A DNA stretch of 64,000 nucleotides from Paraspadella gotoi. Lineage: Eukaryota > Animalia > Chaetognatha. This document shows positions 45,804 to 56,625 of the stretch, piece after piece. Each line of letters starts with the position of its first letter. The stretch's first letter is position 1. The notes beneath the pieces are model-generated. The model made no database searches. It was not told where the DNA came from and was given only the letters and a program-made list of their open reading frames with translations. The DNA lies in assembly GCA_051294375.1 (NCBI GenBank), contig CM119265.1, forward strand, positions 17,850,893 through 17,914,892, given 5' to 3'. Made by a program: the position numbers and the translations under genes.

Positions 45804-47980
45804 GAGGAGAGAGAGAGAGAGAAGAGAGAGAGAGAGGGAGAGAGAGAGAGAGAGCGGAAGAGAAGGAAAAAGAAGGAGCGATATGATTAGCGCACAAAGA
45901 GAGAGATGGAGACAAGGAGGAGAAAAAATCTCGGCTTTCGATGATAAGTGGATTTCTTTCCCTACGACTTAGTTTGTATAAAGGATACGCTACATACCCT
46001 AGAGCCGTTGAAGGGAGCGGGCCATTCGGTGAGGGGGGGACACGTAAAATGGATTAAGCCAGGAATGAAGGGCGGGAAAAGCCCAGTGATTAACGTGGCA
46101 TAACTGGCGCCCCGCCATAGAGGAACTCGCTATGGTGCATAGAGAGAGACATCTTGAGGGATTACCATAATTTCTTTTTTTTTGCGTTCATGCGCTAATT
46201 AAAGTAATTAAATTTAAGTTTTGAGAAATGAGTAATTTAATGTATTTGTAGTGACTATAAAAGGCGCCAAGGAAATTAATTGGTCTTACGTATATGAATA
46301 TGAGTTGTTTTCTTTCTGCTAGCCTTGGGCCACTCGAATGAAATTTTTCCCCGAAATCCGAGCTATTCCACGGCAAACTGCAGCAATAGCGCAGCACGAT
46401 TTAATGGAAGTTATAAATTTGAAAAGAAAAGAAACAAAAAAACCTCTTTTTCGGCGTCATCCTTTTCTCGTTTTTCGGCCAGAATTTTTTCTGAATTTTG
46501 ACGTTCTCGCCGCGGGGAGCGCTTCTCGGAGTCTCTACCAGCGGCGCCACGGGAAAGGACTCTTCTGTAAAAAAAAAAGAACAACATATCGGAGAGAAAA
46601 TATAACGAATAACAAATTTTATTCTTATGTTTGGACGCATAATTTGAGTTAATTGAAAATACTTTTATATCTAATAGTTATAACAAATACTTTTTTTAAA
46701 CTTAAAATTTTTTTTTTTTCAAAGTGAAATTGTAACAATCGTCCCCTTTCCTGACCAATCCTGACCCGCAGTGAAAGTCCCATTCACGACTCCCGTCTGC
46801 CGTAGACGATAAGGTGGCAGATGATGAGGGTGGGGCGGCAGATGAAGAGGGTGAGGCGGCGGATGTTGCGAAGCTGGTGACAGATGAAAAGGAGCTGCTT
46901 GCTGTCTCCACGGCGGCGGCGTTCTTAGTATGGATCTCCCCGTTTCGTCGACAGATAATGACGTCGACGGCGAGAATGTGGGTAAGTTCGCGGCGAATGA
47001 CGTTTCTAGCGCCGGGGAAGTGAAGGACGACGGCGCTGTGGAAATCTGCGAGTATGACGCCGCCGCCCCGGAGCCACTCACTCTCCGGCGTCGAGGCGTT
47101 CCTGGCGGCGCGGGCGCCGGATTCCGTCGTTCGGACTCCGCCTCGGCGCCTCGTCGGTGGCGAAGCGGCGACGATTCGCCGGGGGTCGTCGGCGCCGACG
47201 AGGGGGCGTGGCTGAGGCGAGTGAAGCGATGACCCATGACGGCGTCGGTAGAGACAAAATGTCAATAGACGATTTCGGAAACATTCGTTTTTAAAAAAAA
47301 AAATGTTTGATACCCTTCGTTTCTTTGTTTCTTAAAATATTTTTGACTTTTTGAAATCAAAAATAAACTCGCCGTTCGAAAAGTACGCGACGAATCAAAA
47401 CAGAAAAAGATTTCCGAAAAAGAAAACGGAAGTTCGCGGGTTTTTTTTCTTTTGTTTTTTTTTTTTTAAATATTTTTTTCTCGACGGCGACGATTCGACC
47501 GTCGACGCCTCTCGTCGCCAGGTTTTTTCTTTCGCTCGACAAACCGCGCGGTTCTCCTCTTCCTCTCTTCTCTTCTTCTCTTCCCGTTCTTATTCTCTTT
47601 TTTTTTTTGCCCCCCGCTCCATCTCTCGCTCTCGTCTCGTCTTTTCTCTCCTTTTTTTTTGTTTGCTTCCTCTTAGGTTGACTTTCCTTTCCTCTCTTTG
47701 TCCTTTCCTCCCTTTCCTTTTTTTCCTTTCCTCCGCTTTCCTTTTCCGCTTCCGATTCGTCTGTTCTTCCTTCCTTCCTACCTTCTTTTTTTTTCTCTTC
47801 TTCTTTCTCGGCCTTTGTCTCCTTTTGTTTGCTCTGTATTTTCCCGTTTTTCTCTTTTTCTCCCTATTATTTCTTCGTCAACGAATTCTTTGTTTCTTCC
47901 TCTTTCAGAAATCGAAAGTTGGTTTAATTCTTGAAGCTGCGAAACTTTCAAATTGGCGGAACACGGATGGAATCCTTTGC
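44647..47980 (-). CDS. Uncharacterised low-complexity K/E/R- then S/P/R-rich protein (exons ~47980-47373, 47211-46766, 46564-46444, 45488-45177, 44770-44647)
   Basis: The four 3' exons join through GT-AG introns with consistent phases (1,2,2): ...NGTFTA(E)ESFPVAPLVETPRS...MTPKK(R)HLNIDAGSRSSTPRPS...HLVLNR(G)ENVEKDSRLQLAEK...SSCH*. The 5' end is either ATG 47237 or a K/E/R-rich exon joined by a GC-AG intron 47372-47212, which needs one homopolymer indel near 47790. No recognised domain. Confidence 0.55.
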
Positions 47981-48683
47981 TTTATAATGCATAGTTTATC
48001 TCAACAATCTCATCGACAGATGGCACGTTTTCAAGGGGTAAAACACAATGTCTCCGGAGTATATAGATTAAACATACAAATTGTACATTATTACAATAAA
48101 GAGTCTATACGAAAGCAAATTAATCAAGACGACATCTATGCTGCATTAATTAAAAATACTTACAACATTTAAGAATTATTTTAGGTTGCACTATTTACAA
48201 ATATTTACAGCGTTATAGTTTGTACTATAATTTCATCCCTACAATATTATATGCGATTTTATTCGAATACAACGAGGTTGATTCAGTACAATCATCATCA
48301 ACAAACAAACAAACAAAGATAGACTAAGTCTAAGCAAAAAAAAAAAAAACAATTATAAAATAGAGAGAAAAAACAGTTAATTAAATAAAATTAATTAATT
48401 AAAATTTAATATTGGTCAGTCCATTTATTATAAATAAAAAATAATCTATTAATCATAAAATTTACTTATAAAGTTTAAACATATAAAGGTTATGAATAGT
48501 TGTAAACTGATTAGTGAGGACAACGCGCGACGCGGCGAGAATTTTCATTGAAAACCCCTGTAGGGATTTTTACGATTGTTTTTCCTTTCGAGGGGAAAGA
48601 TGTCGCGGGAGATTCGCGGCAGCGCGGGATGATTTGTTTGTTTATTTAACCTTTAGATGGAGATGGGAACATCAATGGCGTTT

Positions 48684-48693
48684 NNNNNNNNNN
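48684..48693. other. Assembly gap (10 N)
   Basis: N run. Confidence 0.99.
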
Positions 48694-49024
48694 CTCAAAA
48701 ATTAACTTATCAACTTCAACTGCAATTTTAAAAAAAACTGAGTTTGGACAAATTTTTCGACTTAGCCTAAGCTCTTGTCCAGACAGCAACCTTTCAGGTT
48801 TTTATCATTCCAGAGATGGTATATTTCCATTTTCTTTTTCCTCCTATAAAAAGAACCGTGGCGAGTGTACCTTAGTAGTCCTCAGGTTTTGATTCCAAGT
48901 AATCCATAAATCCGAGAGCACGGAGGCAGTATATTGGTTTTTAAAGCCGATTTTACTTTGGAGCGTGAAAAGTGAAAACGTTTCAAATTTCCGGAGCTGA
49001 GAATTTCTTTTTCACTTATCAGAT

Positions 49025-49061
<37 letters not shown>

Positions 49062-49430
49062 TTTCTTTCTTTCTTTTTTCTTTCTTTCTTCTTTCTTTTT
49101 CTTTCTCTTTTTCTTTCTTTCTTTTTTTCTGTCTTTCTTTTTTTTTTTTTTACTTATTTCTTCTTTCTTTCTTTTTTCTTTATCCTCGTTATTTCAATCT
49201 TCTTTTTTTATTTAATCTTTCTTTTTTATTAACATTTTATTATTTCTTTTTTTATTTTTGAGATATTCATTCAATTCGGCAAAGCAAACAAGCAAAGCAG
49301 ACTTCCCATAAGAAGTATATCTCGTGGGTTCAGAGTCAAGTCTCTTCCACGTTAAGAAGATAACGACTTTACCGTAGAACTACGGCCTTACCTTAAAAAA
49401 AAACCAGACCCTACTTTCAAAATTATCAGC

Positions 49431-52400
49431 ATGGAAGCCTCTCGGAACCGGGCCCATACTTCCGGAGAAGAGGGTCATAGGGTAAGTACCGCTTGGTTCG
49501 CGAATAAAGAGGGTGAGGAAAAAATAAAAATAGTTATCGAGTGAAGACTGGCTTTCGAGTGAATCTGACATAGAGTAATCTGACGTTGCGTGACCCACCC
49601 TTCTCATCTTGAAGCAAACTGTCAGTCAAAACGCGAACATGTCGTCCAACGCGACTCCTTACCTCCGCGCCCTGATCGCTCAAACCTTGCGCGAGAGAGG
49701 GGAGCTGGAGTGGAGCGACCTGCCACCGATTCCCGTTCCGGAAGCGGACCTCAAGGACGAGAACACCCGCACGCTTTTTGGTCAGGCTCGATATTTTCTT
49801 TTTTTAAGGGGGGGGTTTACTTTATTTTTATGGGTAACTCTTCTTTTCAGCGCGTAATCGCCACGCCGCTGAGAACATCGTGGAATTCAGTCACGTGACT
49901 CAGGAATGGACGCGTCACGCGGAAATCCCGCAGCTGCACGTTCATCTCGACATGGACGGACGCATGGTGCACGTAGAGTCGGACGAAAGTAAAAGATCGT
50001 CGGAATCGTCGAACAAAGATGCCGTCATGGCGATGACCCTTGGAGGTTGGTCTGGCTAGGGGAGTTGGACGTTCTTCTTTCAACCCAAAGGTGTCGCCTT
50101 CGCGCCTGCCCGAATCGTATCGTTATCAATCAAAAACACATTTAATCAAAAAAAACAAAAGACTATCAAAAACAAAACCAATGACAATCACAACTGTCCC
50201 CCTCAGGCGGAGAAGACCACGAGGACGGCGCCGTGGAGACTGGCCCCGTCAAACGCCTCGTCAACAAATTCAACTTCGCCGAAAGAGATCAGCAGACGTT
50301 CAACCTCCCGATGCGGGACAAGCACACGCAGACTGACCCGCCGGGTAAGTACGTGCGGACAAGTTCGACCATGCCGTCTAGCCCCGTGCTGATCAACTCC
50401 CCCCGCTCCTGGCAGCCCGCGCCACCTTCAGCGCGACGGCCAACTGCTGGGAGATCTACGACGCCTACAAGGCGGGGCCGCTCAACGAGGACGACGAGGA
50501 AGAGGAGGAGGAAGTGAAGCCGCCCATTGGAGGGGACGATGAGGATGAAGACGAAGATGAGTCGGCCTCGGAGGAGGAGGGGGAGAAGGACGAGGGATTA
50601 CAAGTTCCATCGGGTAAGTTTATGGGTCTTTCTAGGGTAAGGATTGTCGGGGTCGATTTAAAGTGATTCCGAAATGACAAGAAGCGGCTGAAAATAAATT
50701 ACTACAGTGCGGTAGAATGGTGTTTTTTTTAACCGTAATTTGAATTTTTAATTCAATATTATAATCATTTATGCTTTTTTTTACTCGATCCCCCAGACGT
50801 GCTGGCCAAGGTGTCGACGGCGGTGAAGATCGTGGAGCGCATGGTGATCCAGAACACCTCGGACGAAGTCTCCCTCGACTTCAAGTACTACGAAGACGCC
50901 GCCGACGATTGTCGCGAAGGCGGCGACGGGACGCTCCTGCCGCTCTGGAAGTTCAATTACGAAAAGGCCAAGTCTCTATCCGTCACCGGAATGAGTTGGA
51001 ATTTGAGGTAAGATTTCGTTTTTGGTTTGAAAAGAGATTTATTTTCAAGTTTTTTTTTCGTTGTTTTAAAGTTTAATACTAAAAGTTAAAATATAGTTAC
51101 TTGAAAAACAATATCTCTTGTTGATTTTAGCAGTTTTATCAAAAGTGAATTTCATTGATTTTCCCGTTTGCTAGATCTGAAGACACTTTGTCCGGACCGA
51201 TTCCTATTTAGCACTGTCTTGCTCATTCACTAATTTCCACACGCTTTTCTCCAGGTACCCCGATCTCTTCGCCGTGACCTACGGCTCGTACAACGCGTCC
51301 AAGCTAAAAAAAGGTCTGCTCTGCCTGTTCTCGCTGAAAAATCCCTCGTATCCCGATTACTGCTACCACCTGGAGAAGAGCGCCATGTGCGTCGATATCA
51401 ACCTGGTCGATCCGCACTTACTCGCCGTTGGGTTCCAGGCGAGTCGGGAGAGGGAATGGTAGCGGTCTTGAATATTTTTACTTTGTTATTAGTTTGTTAG
51501 TAGAGAAAAGCAAAGTTTTCAGAATCTTTTTTAAAATAAATTCGTTGTAAAACATTCGAAAAACTTTGCTTTTCTCTACTTTGTAACTTAAAAGTTTGTA
51601 AATAAATATCTTAAATAGAAAAAAAAAGAGATAAAAATCATTGGTGTTCAGGACGGTAGCGTGGGCGTCTTCAACGTAGGCCTCAAGACAACGAAGCCAA
51701 TCTACTTCTCCAAGGCCAATCTAAAGAAGCATTTCGATCCCGTCTGGCAGCTTAAATGGTTGTTTATGTTTAAACTAAACCTTTTTTTTTTTAAGTTATG
51801 AAATAACATATTGGTTCGTTTGTTAGGCAAGATGTGGACATCGACGGGATGCGGAACTTCATTTCGGTTTCCACCGACGGACGTATCAACTGTTGGACGC
51901 TGCAAAGGTGAGGGATGTTGCCAGGGTAAGGGATGATTCAGTAATAAGAGATTCTTTCATAAAGTTGCTTTTATTATCTCATGTTTTGATCGTCATGAAA
52001 TGACGAGATTGATTTTCAATTCGTTTCCAGATCCGAAATACTGAAGCAAGAGATGATCAAATTATACCTCGGCAAAGATCCGGTCGAGAATTTCGACGGC
52101 ACGCACCTGTTCAACTACGCTTGTTGCACCTGCTTCGCCTTTCACAGGATGGACCCTTTTCTGTATTTGGTTGGCACGGAATCGGGCGAAGTCTTTTACT
52201 GCTCCAAGGTGTACCGATCAAATCTTTACGAATGCAAAAAAAATAAATGAGTATTAAATGGTTTTATTTTCCTTCGCAGGGCTACAGCTACGATGTTCAA
52301 AAGGTGATAGTGCACCACCACATGTCCGTCAACGCCATCCAGTGGAGTCCGTTCCACAAGGACCTGTACTTGACGGGGGCCAGCGACTGCGGTCTCAAGA

Positions 52401-53222
52401 TTTGGGACAGGACGCGACCAGATCCCATCTTCTCCTTCGAACTCTCGGGACCCGTGGCCGACGTCTGTTGGGCTCCTTACAGCGGCACCATTTTCGGAGC
52501 TTGTACCGAAGAAGGAAAGGTGAATGAAAAAATAATATAAGTTATTATTTTTTTACCAATCTACTTCTATAAAGGCTTTTCCTACGTATTTACTATATTT
52601 AATCAGATGATGATATTTCATCTTCTTGTTTTTAATTCAATTTTAATTGAATGTCTCGTAGGTTTACATCTTTGACTTGAACGTGAACAAGTTCGAGCCC
52701 ATCTGCCAACAAGCCGTCGTTCAGAAGAAAAAGGCCAAGTTGACTCATTTCGAGTTTAACCCGATCCATCCCATCGTTCTATGCGGCGACGACAAGTCAG
52801 ATAATTTGTTCAGTTTAAACTTTAAATTTAATTAACTATCGGTTTCTCCAATACTTTTTACTTATAGAACTACAGCAATCATCACGATATCTAATTAACT
52901 ATTTAAGTTTAGAAAAAGGGGCCAAAGGGGCATTGTGACCAATGAGAAAATAACAATCGGTCACGTGTTAACCTAAAGCCGATTTTTTTTGGTAAAATGA
53001 ATAATGCAAGTCGGATGCCCTTTATTTCCATCTGCCCTTCAATATCCTTATCTCTTCAGAGGCAACTTGATCTCGCTCAAGCTCTCCCCCAATCTCCGCA
53101 AAAAGCCAAAGCTGAAGAAGAACGAGGTCATTCACGACGTCCCGAAGTTCGAGCTGGACAAGTTGATGAAGGTTTTGACTCTGGTGGTCGAGCCGCCCAC
53201 CTCAACCATCATCGTCGATTGA
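49431..53222 (+). CDS. DNAI1: Axonemal outer-arm dynein intermediate chain 1 (WD40; IC78/DNAI1 family), ~681 aa, 13 exons
   Basis: Exons 49431-49481 (tentative start), 49615-49780, 49851-50045, 50207-50344, 50416-50613, 50797-51007, 51255-51438, 51652-51758, 51827-51907, 52031-52208, 52280-52519, 52662-52795, 53060-53222 splice in frame. Family motifs: [105 protein letters not shown]. Confidence 0.95.
51499..51580. repeat. Intronic foldback: perfect 21-bp inverted repeat with 40-nt spacer
   Basis: agtagagaaaagcaaagtttt (51499-51519) / aaaactttgcttttctctact (51560-51580). Confidence 0.85.
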
Positions 53223-53452
53223 ACATTTTTTTTTTTCATAAAAGGTTATTCGCTTAATTTGCTAACTATATTTACTGAACAAGAGAGCAAACGTTTTAAT
53301 TAGTGTAAAGTTTATTGACGAGCGGGCGTAGCTTGCATGGTGCTAGAAGATAGGCGTGTCAAAAGTTACGTTCCGATAATAAAAAAACAATAAAAGAGGT
53401 AAGCAGGTAAATGTCGAATAACACAGACGCTTTTTTTTATTTCGAGATTTTT

Positions 53453-54089
53453 TCAAATGTAATCGGGCAGCGGAGCCATCAAGGCTTGGAGAAGTTGTTT
53501 GTAGTCGACGAGTCCTTTGTTGATCATCCCAGCCTCTTGAAAAAGGTGGTTGACCTCGCGGGACGACATCCGCTCCCCGGTCGACGTCAAAACCTGGAGA
53601 GAAAATATTATTTAATGATAACAAAAATAATAATTTTTAATAATGACTCGAAGCTTCTCGTTTCAAAATACCAAGACCTTAGTTATGATTGCGGCCGGCA
53701 GAACCCCTTTGCCGTCCTTGTCCTGAGCTTGGAAGCCCTCGAGAATTTCTTGGTAAGCGTTCTCCACTTTGGAATGCTCGTGCAAAACTTCGAGGAAATT
53801 GGCAAAATCGATTTTTCCTAACCGAAGCGAGAATGAGAATGAGAATTAAATTTTGCTTTCATTGTTCGATTCCTGTGCACAAGATTGCATCGTCGAATTC
53901 CAAAGAATTTTAACCGTTTTTGTTGTGTTTCCGAAAGTAGCCAATGGTTTCGGTGTAGGTCGGGCTGAAGTTGAGGCTCTGCATCAGCTTCTCCAGTTCC
54001 TCTGGGGACTCGACGAAGCCGCGCTTTTGAAGGAAGAAGAAACACTCTTTGAATTGATCGATGTCCTTTTGGTTAAAGTGCTTGGCCAT
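53453..54089 (-). CDS. CALML4: Calmodulin-like protein 4 family EF-hand light chain, 151 aa (exons 54089-53915, 53817-53678, 53593-53453)
   Basis: Spliced translation MAKHFNQKDIDQFKECFFFLQKRGFVESPEELEKLMQSLNFSPTYTETIGYFRKHNKNGKIDFANFLEVLHEHSKVENAYQEILEGFQAQDKDGKGVLPAAIITKVLTSTGERMSSREVNHLFQEAGMINKGLVDYKQLLQALMAPLPDYI*. The MAKxFxxxDIxxFKECF start and PxPDY end are typical of CALML4. Missed by the ORF track. Confidence 0.9.
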
Positions 54090-54651
54090 GTTGACGATTT
54101 TGAGATCTTAAATCTGTCGCAAGGCCGATGTTAATATCTCTGTCGGGGGGCCTTTCATATGTAATATCGTGAACTTGCTTCTTTTAGGGTGTCTTCCAAC
54201 GAATTTGTTTGGTAGTTTTGACTTTTGAGAGGAAGTCTCGACAGAGACGATCCTGGCGTCAAATATTCGAAGTTCGGAAGCCTAGAAACTTGTGTCGTTC
54301 CATCGGAAATGAAAAAACAAAACGACAAAATGCCACTGGCTGGCCGTTAGCAGTTGAATCATTAACTTTATTCGGTGAGCCGGCTTTTCACGGTAAAAAA
54401 GTAATGCTTGGAGAGAAATTATAAAGATTATTAATATTATGGCATAAGTGAGTGATGTGATTGGCTTAAACTCAGAAACAGTTATTTTTTTTCAAGTCAA
54501 AATCTACTAGCGACCTTGAATGTCATTAGCTTCCAATCAGATTTCAGAACGAACTTTGCTCGAATTTAAATCCTTACATCACTCAGTCAGGCACGAGAGA
54601 ACGGTCGAGTTAAAAAAAAAATCAAAAGAAATAAAAACTTTGACGAACAAA

Positions 54652-55920
54652 ATGTCCGCTTTCCCACCGACGGTCGTGGGCTTGGCCCTCTATCGGATTC
54701 GCTCTGTACGAACCGATCCCGTTCGACATCGTCGATTACTACTTCGTGTGGCGGACGACGAATATTATAAAAGCGGCTGGGTTGTGGAATCGCCTCACTG
54801 GACGCGCCGTTTGGGAGTTCGATCCGATCAACACCTTCCAAACGCACGCCCCGCCCGACGCCGATGTCGCCGTCAAGGATCTCGACATCGACGGCGTGCC
54901 CGTTCGGTTCTACCGTCCGGCGCGCCCGCTGAGGAGAGACGCCTTGGTCGTGTGGATCCACGGCGGTGGCTTCGCTTGGGGCAGCGTCAAGGGCACGGAC
55001 CGGCTGGTGCTGGGGATGGCCAAGAGATCTGGCCTCAACTTTGCCTCGATCGAGTATCGCCGCTCGCCGCAGCATCCGTTTCCTGCGCCGCACGACGACT
55101 GCCTCACCGCCGTCAAGGGGATGCTGCAACGAGCGCAGGAGCTGGGGTTCGTTCCCGGGAAGATGGTGCTGATGGGCGCCAGCGCCGGAGGGAATCTGGC
55201 TGCGTACTTGACGCAAGCGTTGAGGCCTACTGAAGGGGAGGAGCATCCGGTCAAGTTGCAGGCGAGGAGGGTTTTTATTTGTGAATTGTGTATTTGTGAT
55301 TATCTACTTTACTTGTTTAATAATGCCAATTTCGCTTCTTCTTTTGAATAATCTTCCAGGTCTTGGTATACCCCGTTCTCCAAATCTACGACACCCAAAC
55401 GCCTTCCTGGCAGCTGCCCTACTCTCCTTTACTCACTCATAAACAAGTCCTCACCTTCGGCTCCCTCCTCGTCACCGGCACTGATACCTTCGATTACCAT
55501 AATTTCTGCGCCATCAGAGACGAGACCCTCCGCCGTCGCTATTTGTCCTACACTGACCCTCGCCTCGTGCCCGAGGGGCTGCCGCCGGCCGTTCGCAAGC
55601 CGCGCGACGTAGATGTTACGCCCGATTCGGTCACCGATCGCGCCATCGCGCCCTTCATTCACTTTTGCAAAGATCCTCGCCTTTCGCCCCTCGTCGTCGA
55701 AGATCTCTCCCGCCTCCCAAAGGCGCTCCTCCAGGCCTGCGAGTACGACGTCCTTCGGGACGACGCCGTCTTCTACGCCAAAAGGCTCGTCGACGCCGGC
55801 GTGGAGGCAGAGGTGCAGATCCCGCCCAAGACCTATCACGGAATCTTCACCAATTTGAAGAGCGAGGTGGGGCGGAAGATGGCCGACGACGCCTTAGATT
55901 TTATCCATCAGAATTTATGA
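54652..55920 (+). CDS. Arylacetamide deacetylase / neutral cholesterol ester hydrolase (AADAC/NCEH1-like, HSL family) esterase; exons 54652-55261 and 55360-55920
   Basis: N-terminal hydrophobic anchor then LYEPIP; DGVPVRFYRP; oxyanion motif WIHGGGFAWG; EYRRSPQHPFPAPHDD; nucleophile GASAGG; KLQ|VLVYPVLQ; catalytic Asp in EYDVLRDD and His in YHG. One apparent frameshift at ~54691. Confidence 0.9.
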
Positions 55921-55941
55921 TTTTTGGGTTGTTGTAGTTGT

Positions 55942-55951
55942 NNNNNNNNNN
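55942..55951. other. Assembly gap (10 N) in a (GTT)n tract
   Basis: N run. Confidence 0.99.
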
Positions 55952-56547
55952 GTTGTTGTTGTTTTACAGAAATAAGCTGAATTGATTTTTATAACTCGAT
56001 TAGTTACGATGAGAACTTAATTAATGATTTGGTGAATCTATTACGCTGTAATAAGAATGTGACCGTAGGTTCAATGCCTCATTCGATTAATGAATTAAAA
56101 ACATTTTTTCCATGAATTTATTACAAATATATTTCAATTGAAAAGGAGCGGCCAAAAATATATATTTCTAAAAATAACTTCATCATAATCATTCCTCCGG
56201 ACGATTATCGAATACTGGAACACATCTATCCAAGCATTAAAAAAAATGGCAGGCACGATGATAAATGACAAAAACGAGAGACGAAAAAAAAAATCGATTC
56301 CTGTACACGCGGTCTCTCTGTCCAGGTAAAGTTTTTACAACTTGATCGTTCTGGGTGGTAGCCTCGGTAGGGTTAAAAAGAAGGAGACGGAAAATGTCTG
56401 GATGAAGGCGGCAGGCTTTGTTGGCGGGAAACAGAATGGGGGGTGGAGAGAAGAGAAGAAGAAGAGAGGGGAAAAGTTAAGAGTAGATTTGATCGCGTTT
56501 TTGTCGTTTTCCCTACTTTCAAGTCGTAACTCCTTCGCGCCGTGTGT

Positions 56548-56584
<37 letters not shown>

Positions 56585-56600
56585 GAGAGAGAGAGAGAGA

Positions 56601-56625
56601 NNNNNNNNNNNNNNNNNNNNNNNNN
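56601..56625. other. Assembly gap (25 N) preceding the duplicated block
   Basis: Run of exactly 25 N after an (AG)n tract. Confidence 0.99.

Larger units (their letters stand above)
46383..53183. repeat. Duplicated block, accurate copy (repeated at 56626-64000)
   Basis: gcaatagcgcagcacgat... to ...gttttgactctg is collinear with 56626-64000. Confidence 0.95.

Noticed and set aside
47351-48172. 273-aa Phe/Leu-rich 'membrane protein' ORF
   Set aside because: It is the antisense of a purine-rich K/E/R-coding block.
53411-54134. + strand ORFs 53411..53821 and 53853..54134
   Set aside because: They are antisense shadows of the CALML4 exons.
54520-55839. Overlapping ORFs 54520..55233 (+), 54587..55246 (-) and 55429..55839 (-)
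   Set aside because: They are alternative frames of the GC-rich esterase CDS; only the first 13 codons from ATG 54652 appear real.
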